From Thermoanaerobaculia bacterium (lineage in GTDB: Bacteria > Acidobacteriota > Thermoanaerobaculia > Multivoradales > Multivoraceae), in the NCBI GenBank assembly GCA_963664405.1, contig OY761158.1, forward strand, positions 1,024,001 through 1,088,000: DNA of 64,000 nucleotides. The letters are read 5' to 3'. The translations under genes and the position numbers were made by a program. This document shows positions 19,301 through 29,270 of this stretch, one piece after another (within the stretch, counting starts at the first letter, position 1; each line of letters begins with the position of its first letter). The notes under the pieces were generated by a model that was given only the letters and a program-made list of their open reading frames with translations, was not told the origin of the DNA and did no database searches.

Positions 19301-21229
19301 ATGCCAAAGAATCCTCCTCTTTTCATTGTTCACCTCTCACTCTTGGCTCTCCTCTTCTGCCCGGCGCTCTTTGGCCAGCTACCGCCGCCGACGGATGACA
19401 TGAAGGACGCCTTTCCGCCGCAGAAGCACTATTCTCCCTACGCGGGGCGTAACTTCCCGACCCAGGTGTTCTGGGGTGATACCCACCTGCATACCGGCAA
19501 TTCGTTGGACGCCGGCGCCTTCGGTGCGAGGCTCCTTCCAGAGGATGCGCATCGCTTTGCGCGTGGCGAGGAGCTGACTTCGTCGACCGGCTTGAAGGTC
19601 AAGCTTTCGCGCCCGCTCGACTTTCTGGTTGTCGCCGACCACTCGGACAATATGGGCTTCTTCCCTCTGTTGAAGTCCGGCGACCCGAGTATGCTCGCCG
19701 ACCCGACGGGCAGGAAGTGGTACGACATGATCCAGGCGGGTGGCCAGGAGGGCGTCGCGGCCGCGGTCGAGATCATTCAATCGCTAACCGGAAACAGCTT
19801 TCCCGACGCCCTCTACCTCGCGCCAGGGACCGCCGCCTACCGCTCGACCTGGGAGCAGACCATCGCCGCGGCGGAGAAATACAACGAGCCCGGCCACTAC
19901 ACCGCGCTCCACGGCTACGAGTGGACCTCGACCGCGAAGGGCGCCAACCGACACCGCGTCGTGATCTACCGCGATGGAGGGGTCAGGGCGAGCATGATGG
20001 AGCCCTACACCACCCTGCCCCCATACGGCAGCCCGGACGAGCGCGAACTGTGGAAGTGGCTGCGGGCCTACGAGGACAAGACGGGCGGGAAGATACTGGC
20101 GATCGCGCACAACGGCAACCTCTCGAACGGGGTCATGTTCCCGATCGCGGATACCTTCACCGGCCAACCCTACGACCGCGCCTGGGCGGAGGAGCGCATC
20201 AAGTGGGAGCCGCTCTACGAGATCACCCAGATCAAGGGAGACGGCGAGACTCACCCCTTCTTGTCGCCGAACGACGAGTTCGCCGACTACGAGATCTGGG
20301 ATCAGGGCAACCTCGACCTCAGCGAGTTCAAGACCAACGAAATGCTCCAATACGAGTACGGACGCTCGGCTCTGGGGGTCGGCATCCAGCTCGAGAAGAA
20401 GCTCGGCGTGAACCCCTACAAAGTCGGCTTCATCGGCTCCACCGACAGCCACACCGGTCTCGCCACCGCGCAGGAAGACAACTTCTTCGGCAAGCATTCC
20501 GGCGCGGAACCGAACCCCAAGCGTGTCGAACACCCGATGGCCAAGATCGGTGACGCCGAGTACCCGGGTTGGGGGATGGTCGCCTCCGGTCTCGCCGCGG
20601 TGTGGGCCCGCGAGAACACCCGCGCGGCACTCTTCGACGCAATGATGAACAAAGAGACCTACGGCACCACTGGCTCGCGCATGCTCGTGCGCTTCTTCGG
20701 CGGCTGGAATTTCACCGCGGCAGACGCCCAGAACCGTCTGCCCGGCCAGATCGGCTACAGCAAAGGCGTGCCGATGGGCGGCGATCTGACTCCTCCTACA
20801 GGCGGCAAGTCACCGAGCTTCCTGGTCGCGGCCCTGCGCGATCCGTTGTCCGGCAATCTCGACCGCATCCAGATCGTCAAAGTCTGGGTCGACGCAGCGG
20901 GCGAGCGCCAGGAGAAGGTTTACGACGCGGCGTGGTCGGGAGACCGCAAGCCCGGCCGTGACGGCAAAGTGCCCAGCGTCGGCAACACCGTCGACATCGC
21001 CAACGCCACCTGGACGAATACCATCGGCGTACCCGAGCTGATCACCGTCTGGACCGACCCCGACTTCGACCCCAACGTGAGCGCCGCCTACTACGCCCGC
21101 GTGATGGAGATCCCCACCCCGCGATGGACCGCCTACGAGGCCGAGCGCTTTGGCATCACCATGAAGGACGAGATCCCGTTGGTCACGGTCGAACGCGCCT
21201 ACACCTCGCCGATCTGGTACACGCCCTGA
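19301..21229 (+). CDS. DUF3604 domain protein (PHP-like secreted metallohydrolase)
   Basis: FWGDTHLHT..S.DA, RPLDF.VV.DHS, YEWTS, HNGNLSNG, E.TQ.KGDGE.HP, GSTDSH, PTPRW, ERAYTSPIWY.P. Confidence 0.92.
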   Translation: MPKNPPLFIVHLSLLALLFCPALFGQLPPPTDDMKDAFPPQKHYSPYAGRNFPTQVFWGDTHLHTGNSLDAGAFGARLLPEDAHRFARGEELTSSTGLKVKLSRPLDFLVVADHSDNMGFFPLLKSGDPSMLADPTGRKWYDMIQAGGQEGVAAAVEIIQSLTGNSFPDALYLAPGTAAYRSTWEQTIAAAEKYNEPGHYTALHGYEWTSTAKGANRHRVVIYRDGGVRASMMEPYTTLPPYGSPDERELWKWLRAYEDKTGGKILAIAHNGNLSNGVMFPIADTFTGQPYDRAWAEERIKWEPLYEITQIKGDGETHPFLSPNDEFADYEIWDQGNLDLSEFKTNEMLQYEYGRSALGVGIQLEKKLGVNPYKVGFIGSTDSHTGLATAQEDNFFGKHSGAEPNPKRVEHPMAKIGDAEYPGWGMVASGLAAVWARENTRAALFDAMMNKETYGTTGSRMLVRFFGGWNFTAADAQNRLPGQIGYSKGVPMGGDLTPPTGGKSPSFLVAALRDPLSGNLDRIQIVKVWVDAAGERQEKVYDAAWSGDRKPGRDGKVPSVGNTVDIANATWTNTIGVPELITVWTDPDFDPNVSAAYYARVMEIPTPRWTAYEAERFGITMKDEIPLVTVERAYTSPIWYTP

Positions 21230-21230
21230 C

Positions 21231-21305
21231 GGAAGTGAAAGAGTGAAAGAAGTAAAGAAGTGAAGAAGCAAAGAAGTAAACAGTAGAAGTAGGCAGTTGG
21301 CGGTA
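21231..21305 (+). repeat. Heptamer/octamer tract locus 7
   Basis: gaagtgaaagagtgaaagaagtaaagaagtgaagaagcaaagaagtaaacagtagaagtaggcagttggcggtag. Confidence 0.7.
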
Positions 21306-21308
21306 GGG

Positions 21309-22163
21309 ATGAAGTGGATCAAAGAGCCGCTGCTGCATTTTCTGATCATTGGTGCGGTTCTGTTTCTGCTGTTCGGGCTGGCGAGAGGGCGGGGCTCGGG
21401 TGAGGCGGAAGATGAGGTTGTGGTCAGCGCTGGGCGGATCGGGCAGCTCGCCAATATCTTCACCAGGACCTGGCAGCGGCCGCCCACCCGGGAGGAGCTC
21501 GAGGGGCTGATCGACGACTTCGTCCTCGAGGAGGTCTACTATCGCCAAGCGGTGGCGATGGGGATCGATCGTGACGACACCGTGATCCGACGCCGGCTGC
21601 GACAGAAGCTCGAATTTCTCACTGACGACGCGGCCACCATGGCCGAGCCAACCGAGGAAGAGCTCGCGGCCTATCTCGCCGCCAACGGCGACGCGTTCCG
21701 CCGGCAAACGACTTACACCTTCGAGCAGATTTACATCAATCCGGAGGCGCACGGCGAGCGTCTCGAAGGCTTCGTGGAGAAGCAACTGGCCGCGCTCCGA
21801 ACCGGTCAAGTGCCCGTGGGAGGGGGCGGGCTGCTACCGCCCTCTTTCGAGGAAGCGTCGAGCCAACAGGTGGACGGCTCTTTCGGCACCGGGTTCGCCG
21901 CCACTCTCGACGATCTTTCAACCGGCGAGTGGCAGGGGCCGGTCGAGTCGGGACTCGGCCTCCACCTCATCCGACTCGCATCGCGAACCGAGAGCAGCCT
22001 GCCGGAGCTGAGCGACATCCGGCCCCTGGTAGAGCGGGAGTGGGCGAACGAGAGAAGACTCGAGAACCGTCGCAGAATGAACGAGCGGCTGGTCGAGGCC
22101 TACGAGGTGGTCATCGAATGGCCGGAGGCGCCGGCCGCAGTGAGCGCAGCCGGCGCGCCATGA
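21309..22163 (+). CDS. PpiC-type peptidyl-prolyl isomerase-like protein
   Basis: KEPLLHFL, R.PT.EEL, EE.YYR.A..MG.D.DD.VIRRRL.QK, FG..FA, W.GPV.SG.G.HL. Confidence 0.85.
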   Translation: MKWIKEPLLHFLIIGAVLFLLFGLARGRGSGEAEDEVVVSAGRIGQLANIFTRTWQRPPTREELEGLIDDFVLEEVYYRQAVAMGIDRDDTVIRRRLRQKLEFLTDDAATMAEPTEEELAAYLAANGDAFRRQTTYTFEQIYINPEAHGERLEGFVEKQLAALRTGQVPVGGGGLLPPSFEEASSQQVDGSFGTGFAATLDDLSTGEWQGPVESGLGLHLIRLASRTESSLPELSDIRPLVEREWANERRLENRRRMNERLVEAYEVVIEWPEAPAAVSAAGAP

Positions 22164-23200
22164 TGCGGAGGCTCTGGAAGACTCCGCTGGGCTGGCTCGT
22201 CGCCACGCTGCTGGTGCAGCCCGCGACTGCGCACGAGATGCGCCCGGGCTATCTCGAGATCCGCGAGTCGGCGCCTGAGACCTACGACGTGCTGTGGAAG
22301 GTGCCGGCCCGCGGTACAGACGCCCGGCTGGGCCTCTACCTGCGCTTCGCCGATGATGTCGAGATGCTGGAGGACCCGGTGAGCGCCTTCATCGGCACCG
22401 CCCACACCCAGCGCATGCGCATCCGTCGGGTGGGTGGATTAGACGGTACCGCGGTGACCATCGAAGGACTCGATGGCACCTTCACCGACGTACTTCTGCG
22501 CCTCGAGCGCGCCGACGGCTCCGAGCTCACCCATCGCCTCTCTCCGGAGGCGCCCAGCGTGGTTATCGAAGCCGAGCCCGGCATCGGCCGCGTCGCCTGG
22601 ACCTATTTCGTCCTCGGCGTCGAGCACATCCTCGGCGGCATCGACCATCTGCTCTTCATCTTTGCGCTGCTGCTGGTTGTCGCCGGCTGGCGCAAATTGG
22701 TTGGCACCATCACCGCCTTCACGCTCGCCCACTCGATTACCCTGGCGCTCGCCACGCTCGGCTTCGTCAACGTCCCGGGACCGCCCGTAGAAGCGGTGAT
22801 CGCGCTGTCGATCGTGTTCGTGGCCGCCGAGATCGTCCACGGCCGACGGCGGAAGCCCGGGCTCACTGAACGCTCGCCCTGGATTGTCGCCTTCACCTTC
22901 GGCCTGCTGCACGGCTTCGGCTTCGCCGGTGCGCTGAGCGAGGTGGGGCTGCCGCAATCGTCGATCCCTCTCGCTCTCTTGACCTTCAACGTCGGCGTCG
23001 AAACCGGCCAACTGCTCTTCATCGCCGGCATGCTCGCGGTCTATACGACCCTTCAGCGCATCCCTCCGCCGAGTCGGTGGGCGAAACAGCCGACCAGGCT
23101 GCCGGAATGGGCCTTGGAACTTCCGCCCTACGCCATCGGCGGTGTCGCCGCCTTCTGGATGATCGAGCGGGTGGTAGGGTTCTGGATCATCAATTCGTAG
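22160..23200 (+). CDS. HupE/UreJ family protein
   Basis: AHE.RP.YL, GVEHIL.G.DHLLF, TAFT.AHSITL, FGLLHG.GFA, FNVGVE.GQ; start overlaps upstream stop. Confidence 0.9.
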   Translation: MMRRLWKTPLGWLVATLLVQPATAHEMRPGYLEIRESAPETYDVLWKVPARGTDARLGLYLRFADDVEMLEDPVSAFIGTAHTQRMRIRRVGGLDGTAVTIEGLDGTFTDVLLRLERADGSELTHRLSPEAPSVVIEAEPGIGRVAWTYFVLGVEHILGGIDHLLFIFALLLVVAGWRKLVGTITAFTLAHSITLALATLGFVNVPGPPVEAVIALSIVFVAAEIVHGRRRKPGLTERSPWIVAFTFGLLHGFGFAGALSEVGLPQSSIPLALLTFNVGVETGQLLFIAGMLAVYTTLQRIPPPSRWAKQPTRLPEWALELPPYAIGGVAAFWMIERVVGFWIINS

Positions 23201-23242
23201 TAGGCGAGGCGAGGTAGATCTGGTCGTACGAAGGAGCCTGTC

Positions 23243-23935
23243 ATGAAGCCCACGATTCCGACTCTCATCGTTACTCTTTTCTTCGGGCTCGTCGTGACCG
23301 ACGACGCTTCGGGACAGCGCCGCAAAGACCGGCGCGAAGCAAGGCGAGCACCCGCGGCCGAGCCGGCGCCACCCGAGACCCCGCCCGAAGCGGCCCCAGA
23401 AGCTCCGGCCGCGGAAGCGAGCCTCGTTAAGACCCTCGGGGTCTTCGTCTACCCCGCCAAAGAGCAGACCGCCGAGCAGCAGGCGACGGACGAGACCGAA
23501 TGCTCGAAGTGGGCGCAATCCCAGGCCAGCACGACAGCCGGAGCGGCGCCGCAGACCGAGGCCGAGCCCCAGCCCGAGGCAGCCGCGAAGGAGAGTGGCC
23601 ACGATCGACGAGCAGGCCGCCGAACCGGCGGAGCGGTCAAGGGGGCGGCAAAAGGTGCCGTAATCGGCGAAGCGCTGGATGACGAGCCCGACTCCCTGCA
23701 GGAGGCCCTCGACGACCAGCACGAGCCCTCCAGCGCCGAGGTCGGGGCCGCCGTCGGCGCTGCCGCCGGCAGGCGCAAGGCCAAAAAGAGCCAGGAGGCG
23801 GCGGCGCAGCAGGCCCAACAGCAAGCCGAGGCGGAGAAGCAGCAGGCAGTGGCGGCCGCGGCGGCCAGCGCGAACGAAGGTCTGAAGAAGGGCCTGGCGG
23901 TCTGCCTGGAGGCGAAGGGCTACAAAGTCGGATGA
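23243..23935 (+). CDS. Glycine-zipper-like secreted hypothetical protein
   Basis: VYPAK.Q..EQQ..D..EC..WA, GAAKGA..G, C.E.KGY.V. Confidence 0.7.
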   Translation: MKPTIPTLIVTLFFGLVVTDDASGQRRKDRREARRAPAAEPAPPETPPEAAPEAPAAEASLVKTLGVFVYPAKEQTAEQQATDETECSKWAQSQASTTAGAAPQTEAEPQPEAAAKESGHDRRAGRRTGGAVKGAAKGAVIGEALDDEPDSLQEALDDQHEPSSAEVGAAVGAAAGRRKAKKSQEAAAQQAQQQAEAEKQQAVAAAAASANEGLKKGLAVCLEAKGYKVG

Positions 23936-23945
23936 AGGAGAGCTG

Positions 23946-24913
23946 CTAGAGCACCGGAGAGGTTAGTCTGGAGAGCCGAACGGCGAGTCGGAACCAGAAG
24001 GGACGGCTCGAGTACTCGTCTTCCGTGACTCGCCGCGAGCGACGAAAGTCTTCCTCGAACATCCGCTCGATCTCGCCTGCGAATTTTCGGTCGGGGACAA
24101 CAGCAGTGATCTCGAAGTTCAAGCGGAAAGATCGATTGTCGAAGTTCGCAGTGCCGATGGTCGCGGCTTCGTCGTCGATCAACATGACCTTCTCGTGGAG
24201 GAAGCCGTCTTCATAGCGATAGAACTCGACTCCAGTCCGACCCGCGTCGTCGAAGTAGGAGAAGGCGGCGAGGTACACCAGAAGAGGGTCGGGGTTCGCC
24301 GGAATCAGTACCCGCACATCCACGCCACGTAGGCCGGCCAGTTGCATGGCAGAGACGATGGCTTCGTCGGGAACGAAGTAGGGGCTCGCTATCCAGATCC
24401 GCTTCTTCGCAGAGTTGATGGCATGGAGAAACATCAGGGACGCCGTCTCGACTTCGTCAGCCGGGCTCGAAGGTCGCTTCACCGTCGACCAGGAGATCGA
24501 CTTGGTTGCCACGGAGGGTCGGTACATCCGCGAGTCGCTCGGCGGCTCGTCCTGCTTCACGGCTCGGGTCTTCAGGCACCAGAAAAAGGGGCGAGCACCT
24601 CCCCAATGCTACGGGAGATCTGGCCGCTTGCCTCGTCGTCGGCACGCTTGGCGGTGACGTAGCCCTGGAACTTACTGCGGCCGAGGATCCAGTAGGCGGG
24701 GACGCTGACGTTGGGGAAGGTGTTGAGCGACACCGCCCAGGCGATGGCCCCCTGCGAGGTGCGCGTGCTCATGACCGCGGCGATCGACGAAAGGAAGCCA
24801 AGGGCATGCGCCAGGATGACAAACAAGACGGTCCATCGCCCGAGCGACCGCCTTGAAGACGACGGCTCGGCCCCGGGAGCCTTCGATCGACGCGGGTCTG
24901 GGGGCTGACTCAT
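23946..24913 (-). pseudogene. cls: Cardiolipin synthase pseudogene (frameshift plus large internal deletion)
   Basis: N-terminal TM/PLDc_N (RTSQGAIAW), GNQVDLLVDGEATF, then jumps to PYFVPD...LHEK....D..GTANFDNRSF.LNFE; first HKD domain absent; three reading frames. Confidence 0.85.
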
Positions 24914-25292
24914 TCGGAAATCACCACCGCCGCGATGCTATCCGACGACGGAAGCGATGGGCGACTCGACCGACGTCCTGAGTCAGAGTTAGGTAACGTA
25001 GCCCGCATGAGGCCTGAGGCAACCCAGCTCGCGGCGGCGCTCGCCACTCTTGCCGCGGCTATCTGCCCCGGCACAGGGGCGGCAGTCGAGGAGCAGCCAC
25101 TAGCCACCGTCGAAGAGAAGGCCGATAAGCAGGCCGAAGGTGGGGCCCAAAGACACTGTCGCCTACCTCACCATCGGCAGCGCTTGGTGAGACCTACTCG
25201 CCGTCGTCGATGCCGGCAGCTACGAGATATGCTAGGTCTGCCCAGGACTACACCTACACCTCATCTATGGGGTCTACGCGGGAGGAGATCGC

Positions 25293-25715
25293 ATGAAAGG
25301 GACAATCCTAGGGATTACCATCTTGGGGCTTTCGCTCATCGGCGTCACCGGCGCTAGTGCAGAGGGAGATCCGATCGAAAACGCCATCGAGGCCTGCGAG
25401 CCGGAGATCGAGGCCTACTGCAGCCAGGTGACGCCGGGCGACGGACGTCTGCTCGCCTGCTTTTTCGCTCACGAGGACAAGCTTTCTGGCCGCTGTAGTT
25501 GGGCGCTCTACGAGGGGGCGGCCCAACTGGAGCAGTTTGCTGTCGCCATCACCCACGTCGCCAACCAGTGCCTCGATGACATGAAAGAGCATTGCGGTGA
25601 GGTCATGGTCGGCGAGGGCCGAGTGGGCGTCTGCCTCGCCGAGCACAAAGAAGAGGTAAGCGACGCCTGCAGCCGCGCCATGGACGATGTCGAGCTCGAA
25701 GTGGTCGAGGACTAG
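25293..25715 (+). CDS. Cysteine-rich repeat secreted protein (GLG1/Cys_rich_FGFR-like)
   Basis: Two repeats C..(E/D)...C..V..G.GR...C...H....S..C. Confidence 0.8.
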   Translation: MKGTILGITILGLSLIGVTGASAEGDPIENAIEACEPEIEAYCSQVTPGDGRLLACFFAHEDKLSGRCSWALYEGAAQLEQFAVAITHVANQCLDDMKEHCGEVMVGEGRVGVCLAEHKEEVSDACSRAMDDVELEVVED

Positions 25716-25759
25716 CAGTTGAGGGCGACCGCACAGCAGCCCGAAAACTTCAAAAAGCC

Positions 25760-26830
25760 GTGACCATCAGCAGGCTGCATGCGGCGGCACTCCTCCTGAT
25801 TCTTGGACCGCCGACCGCGCTCTCCGGCGAGGAGCCGCCCGCCGGAGCCGCGGCGGCGGCGGGCGATAAGATCGAAGATGTCGTCTTCTTGAAGAACGGC
25901 GACCGGGTGACAGGGGAAGTCAAGCGCCTGGAGCGTGGCCGGCTCACGCTCAAGACCGACTCTCTGGGCACGGTCCAGATCGCCTGGCTCGACGTCGCCA
26001 GGGTGGCCAGCGCGGAGACCTTCGAGATCGAGACTCTGGATGGGACGGACTACTACGGAGTGCTCGCCGAGCCCGAAGCTGACGACCGGCTACGAGTGTC
26101 CGGGGCAGAGATCAGCATCGACCTAGAGGCGGAGACAGTCATCCGCCTAACACCGATCGAGAGCTCCTGGCTGAGCCGTCTCGACGGCTCTCTGACTCTA
26201 GGCTACACCCTCACTCAGGCCGACCAGACGAGTCAACTCAGCTTCGCCACCAAGATCGACCAGACTACGCGAAAGTATCGACGAAGTCTGGATGTGAGCA
26301 CAATCGTCACCGCACGAGACGAAGCAGAAACGACCAGCTACTGGAACGCCTCTTTTTCGAATCGCCGAGATCTCAAGCCACGCACTTTCTTCGAGAATCT
26401 GGTCAAGGCCCAGGGCAACGAAGAGCTGGAGCTGGATCTCCGTTTACTTGCAAGCGCTGGCTACGGCTGGACCTTGATCCAAAAATCAGATCGTAGTCTG
26501 AGCTTCTCGACGGGGTTGGCGCTGAGCCAAGAAGAGGCCCGTGAGAAGGGACTGAGTGAGACCGCCTGGGAAGGCCTGATACTCCTCCGGGCGAACAGAT
26601 TCTGGGTCCACGACCCCGAGATCGACCTCGATCTCGAGCTCGCCCTCTTTCCCGCGATCTCACCCTCCGGCGGATTCCGCGCTGAGCTCGACGCCAGCTT
26701 GACGCGAGAGCTGGTCAACGATCTCTTTCTGAGTATCAGCGCTTTCGACTTCTACGACAGCGATCCGCTCACCCGGGGCGCCACGAAGAACGATTACGGT
26801 CTGGTCACCTCCATCGGCTGGTCGTTCTGA
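25760..26830 (+). CDS. DUF481 domain outer-membrane protein
   Basis: D.V.LKNGDR.TGE.K, beta-strand-rich C-terminal half, DYG...SIGWSF. Confidence 0.8.
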   Translation: MTISRLHAAALLLILGPPTALSGEEPPAGAAAAAGDKIEDVVFLKNGDRVTGEVKRLERGRLTLKTDSLGTVQIAWLDVARVASAETFEIETLDGTDYYGVLAEPEADDRLRVSGAEISIDLEAETVIRLTPIESSWLSRLDGSLTLGYTLTQADQTSQLSFATKIDQTTRKYRRSLDVSTIVTARDEAETTSYWNASFSNRRDLKPRTFFENLVKAQGNEELELDLRLLASAGYGWTLIQKSDRSLSFSTGLALSQEEAREKGLSETAWEGLILLRANRFWVHDPEIDLDLELALFPAISPSGGFRAELDASLTRELVNDLFLSISAFDFYDSDPLTRGATKNDYGLVTSIGWSF

Positions 26831-26917
26831 CTGCGCCCTCGCCCTGGCCTCAAAGGTGGAAGCGGAGGAAGCCGTGCGTTCTCCAAGGTTTCATTCTCTC
26901 TCCCGTCGCAGACGCCA

Positions 26918-27490
26918 CTAGCGCTCAGGAAATTGAGCCAAGATCCGCTTCGCGGCCTTGCGCGCCTTCTTCCAGATCTTTTCCGTATCCAGCCGGCCCG
27001 CGATGTCCATGTCATCGGCACCGGCCCAGAAGGGCTCTTCCTCGCCGGCTTCGTGCATGCGAATCACCAGGACGCCCTGCGAGGCACCTCCTCCTCCTCC
27101 ACCTCCTGGGTCAAAGCCTTCCCAGACGGCGTGCTTGCCTACCTCTTCGCGCACTCCAGCGACTCCCAGCGTGTCAGCGATCTGATTGTCAAATGTGACT
27201 AGAAAGTCCGGACTCTCACTGACCTTCTCGAAGCCCTTTTCAGCCAGGCTCTCGACGATCAGAGAACGGAGTCTAGGGAAGATAATCGGAGCATAGGGTC
27301 CCGCCTCGGTTCGGGACTCGTGCATGAAGAAGTCGTAGGTCCGAACCCCAGCGAAGTCGAAATCCTGGTCCTGGGCTGTCCGAACCTTGGCCGCCTCGGC
27401 GCCCGCCGAGAGAAAAAGAACTGCCAGCAGAGCCAACACGACGGAGTGGACACCAGCGATCGAGGGCGCGATCCGAGAGTGCGTCAACAT
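26918..27490 (-). CDS. DUF4136 domain protein (paralog B)
   Basis: Closely similar to 13580-14158 (TYDFF.HESR, SQGVLVIRMHE.GEEEPFW, RLDTE.IWKK). Confidence 0.75.
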   Translation of the reverse strand: MLTHSRIAPSIAGVHSVVLALLAVLFLSAGAEAAKVRTAQDQDFDFAGVRTYDFFMHESRTEAGPYAPIIFPRLRSLIVESLAEKGFEKVSESPDFLVTFDNQIADTLGVAGVREEVGKHAVWEGFDPGGGGGGGASQGVLVIRMHEAGEEEPFWAGADDMDIAGRLDTEKIWKKARKAAKRILAQFPER

Positions 27491-27545
27491 GGCCTTGCAA
27501 CTCTAGCAGCCATGTCGTCGATATCCAGTACCATCGAGCAATCAG

Positions 27546-28445
27546 ATGCCGACCCTGCGTCAGATCGCTGCGCTCCTCTTAGCACTCCTGGTGCCAATCG
27601 GAAGCGCCACAGCTCAGGAGCTCGAGCCCCGTGCCTACCGGAGTCTCCCCACCGGGCTGAACTTCCTCGTCATAGGCTACGGATCCTCCACCGGCAACGT
27701 GCTTTTCGACACCTCGATCCCGATCGAGGACCTCCGCGCAGAGGTCGACACGACCACCGTCGCCTACCTGCGCTCGCTGTCGATCCTGGGCCGCTCCGCT
27801 TCGATACGAGCAGCCGTTCCCTTCGTCTCGGCAAGCGCCTCTGGTCGTTTCGAGGGAGAGTTCCTCGGCGGCAGCCGCTCGGCACTCGCCGACGCTCGAT
27901 TTCAGGTCGCGGTCAACCTGCTTGGCGCTCCGGCGCTGCCTCCTGACGACTTCGCTCGCTACCGGCAACGGAGAAATATCGGCGTCAGTCTCACCGTCGC
28001 GGCACCTACCGGGCAGTACGACTCCGATCGCATCATCAACTTCGGATCCAACCGCTGGTCGTTCAAACCGGAGATCGGATACTCGAGCCGCCGGGGCCGC
28101 TGGACCTTCGAGACTGCCCTCGGAGTCTGGCTCTTCACCGACAACAACGATTTTGTAGGCGCGACCCGCGAGCAGGATCCGATCGGCAGTCTTCAATTCC
28201 ATTTGAGTTACGACTTCAAGCCCGGTCTCTGGCTGGGGCTGGCGAGCAATTACTACACCGGCGGGCGGACGACCGTTGCTGACGCGAAGAGAGGGGATCT
28301 GCAGAAGAATTCACGGATCGGTCTGACCCTCTCCCTGCCGGTAGCCAAGGCCCAGTCGATCCAGCTGCAGGCCCACACGGGAGCATTCACCCGCGTCGGC
28401 GCCGACTTCGATACCGCCGCGGTTGCGTATCAGCTGCGGTGGTGA
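27546..28445 (+). CDS. Outer-membrane transporter (Phenol_MetA_deg family)
   Basis: QELEPRAY...P.G.N, NL.GAPAL, PTGQYD...IN.G.NRW..KPE.G, DN.DF, terminal Trp. Confidence 0.85.
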   Translation: MPTLRQIAALLLALLVPIGSATAQELEPRAYRSLPTGLNFLVIGYGSSTGNVLFDTSIPIEDLRAEVDTTTVAYLRSLSILGRSASIRAAVPFVSASASGRFEGEFLGGSRSALADARFQVAVNLLGAPALPPDDFARYRQRRNIGVSLTVAAPTGQYDSDRIINFGSNRWSFKPEIGYSSRRGRWTFETALGVWLFTDNNDFVGATREQDPIGSLQFHLSYDFKPGLWLGLASNYYTGGRTTVADAKRGDLQKNSRIGLTLSLPVAKAQSIQLQAHTGAFTRVGADFDTAAVAYQLRW

Positions 28446-28560
28446 TGGGGGAGGTGGGCTGGAAGACTTGATCGATTACCCCTCACCCGATATTCTCTCC
28501 CCTTACCGTTCACAGTTCGCCGGTCACCGATTACTAATTACTCCAGACGGAGGCTGCAGA

Positions 28561-29163
28561 ATGAAGACTGGAAATCGAAGAGTTGCGTCGATTGCAAAAG
28601 CCGTTGCCGTGTTCCTCGTTGGCGTGTTGGTTGCCACCGCTCCGGTGGCGGCACAGAAGAAGAAAAAGAACCCGAACGAAGAGCGCTACAAGGCCATCGC
28701 TATGGGAACAGGCCATACTGGCGCGGCAGCGGGACACGCCGGATTCATCGAATTCACCATCACACGCTTTACCACGCCAGAAGAGCGGGCGAAGATCCTC
28801 GAGGTCATGGCAACCAATGACGGCAACAAGATCACAAGCTATCTCGAAGATCTGCCTGCAGTAGGCCGCATCAACTTGCAGGGCCGGAGAGGCGAAGACC
28901 TTCGCTATGCCTACGAGTTCATGGACGGAGACAAGCGAACGATCGTGGTGGCCTCCGACCGCCCAGTCGCGTCCCTGAATCTTGTCCATAGCCCGGGCAT
29001 CGAATACCTGATCGCCGTTGGCATTCTGAACTTCGACGAGAAGGGCAACGGCACAGGGCAGCTAATGCCGGCCATCGAGCTCGAGATAAAAGACGGTCGC
29101 CTCGACGTCATAGCATCCGCCGCCGACCCTCTCAAGCTGACGAAGATCACGCGGGAGAAGTGA
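28561..29163 (+). CDS. Conserved hypothetical secreted protein
   Basis: GGAGG RBS; signal peptide; I.R.TT.EER, LRYA, R.IV...DRP, D.KG.G.G. Confidence 0.7.
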   Translation: MKTGNRRVASIAKAVAVFLVGVLVATAPVAAQKKKKNPNEERYKAIAMGTGHTGAAAGHAGFIEFTITRFTTPEERAKILEVMATNDGNKITSYLEDLPAVGRINLQGRRGEDLRYAYEFMDGDKRTIVVASDRPVASLNLVHSPGIEYLIAVGILNFDEKGNGTGQLMPAIELEIKDGRLDVIASAADPLKLTKITREK

Positions 29164-29262
29164 AGAGGAAGTAAGCAGTGTAAAGGCAAGTAAGCAGTAA
29201 GCAGTCCGGAGAGAGAAGACTCTTCTTACTGTTTACTGCTTACTTGCTTACTGCTCACTTCT
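29156..29262. repeat. Heptamer tract locus 8 between convergent genes (hairpin)
   Basis: gaagtaagcagtgtaaaggcaagtaagcagtaagcagt ... cttactgtttactgcttacttgcttactgctcacttc. Confidence 0.85.
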
Positions 29263-29270
29263 TAAAGCCC

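Noticed and set aside
22439-23824. Long antisense ORFs (461 aa here; also 47339-48583, 44630-45664, 53048-54049)
   Set aside because: Shadow ORFs of recognisable genes in high-GC DNA, with no motifs of their own
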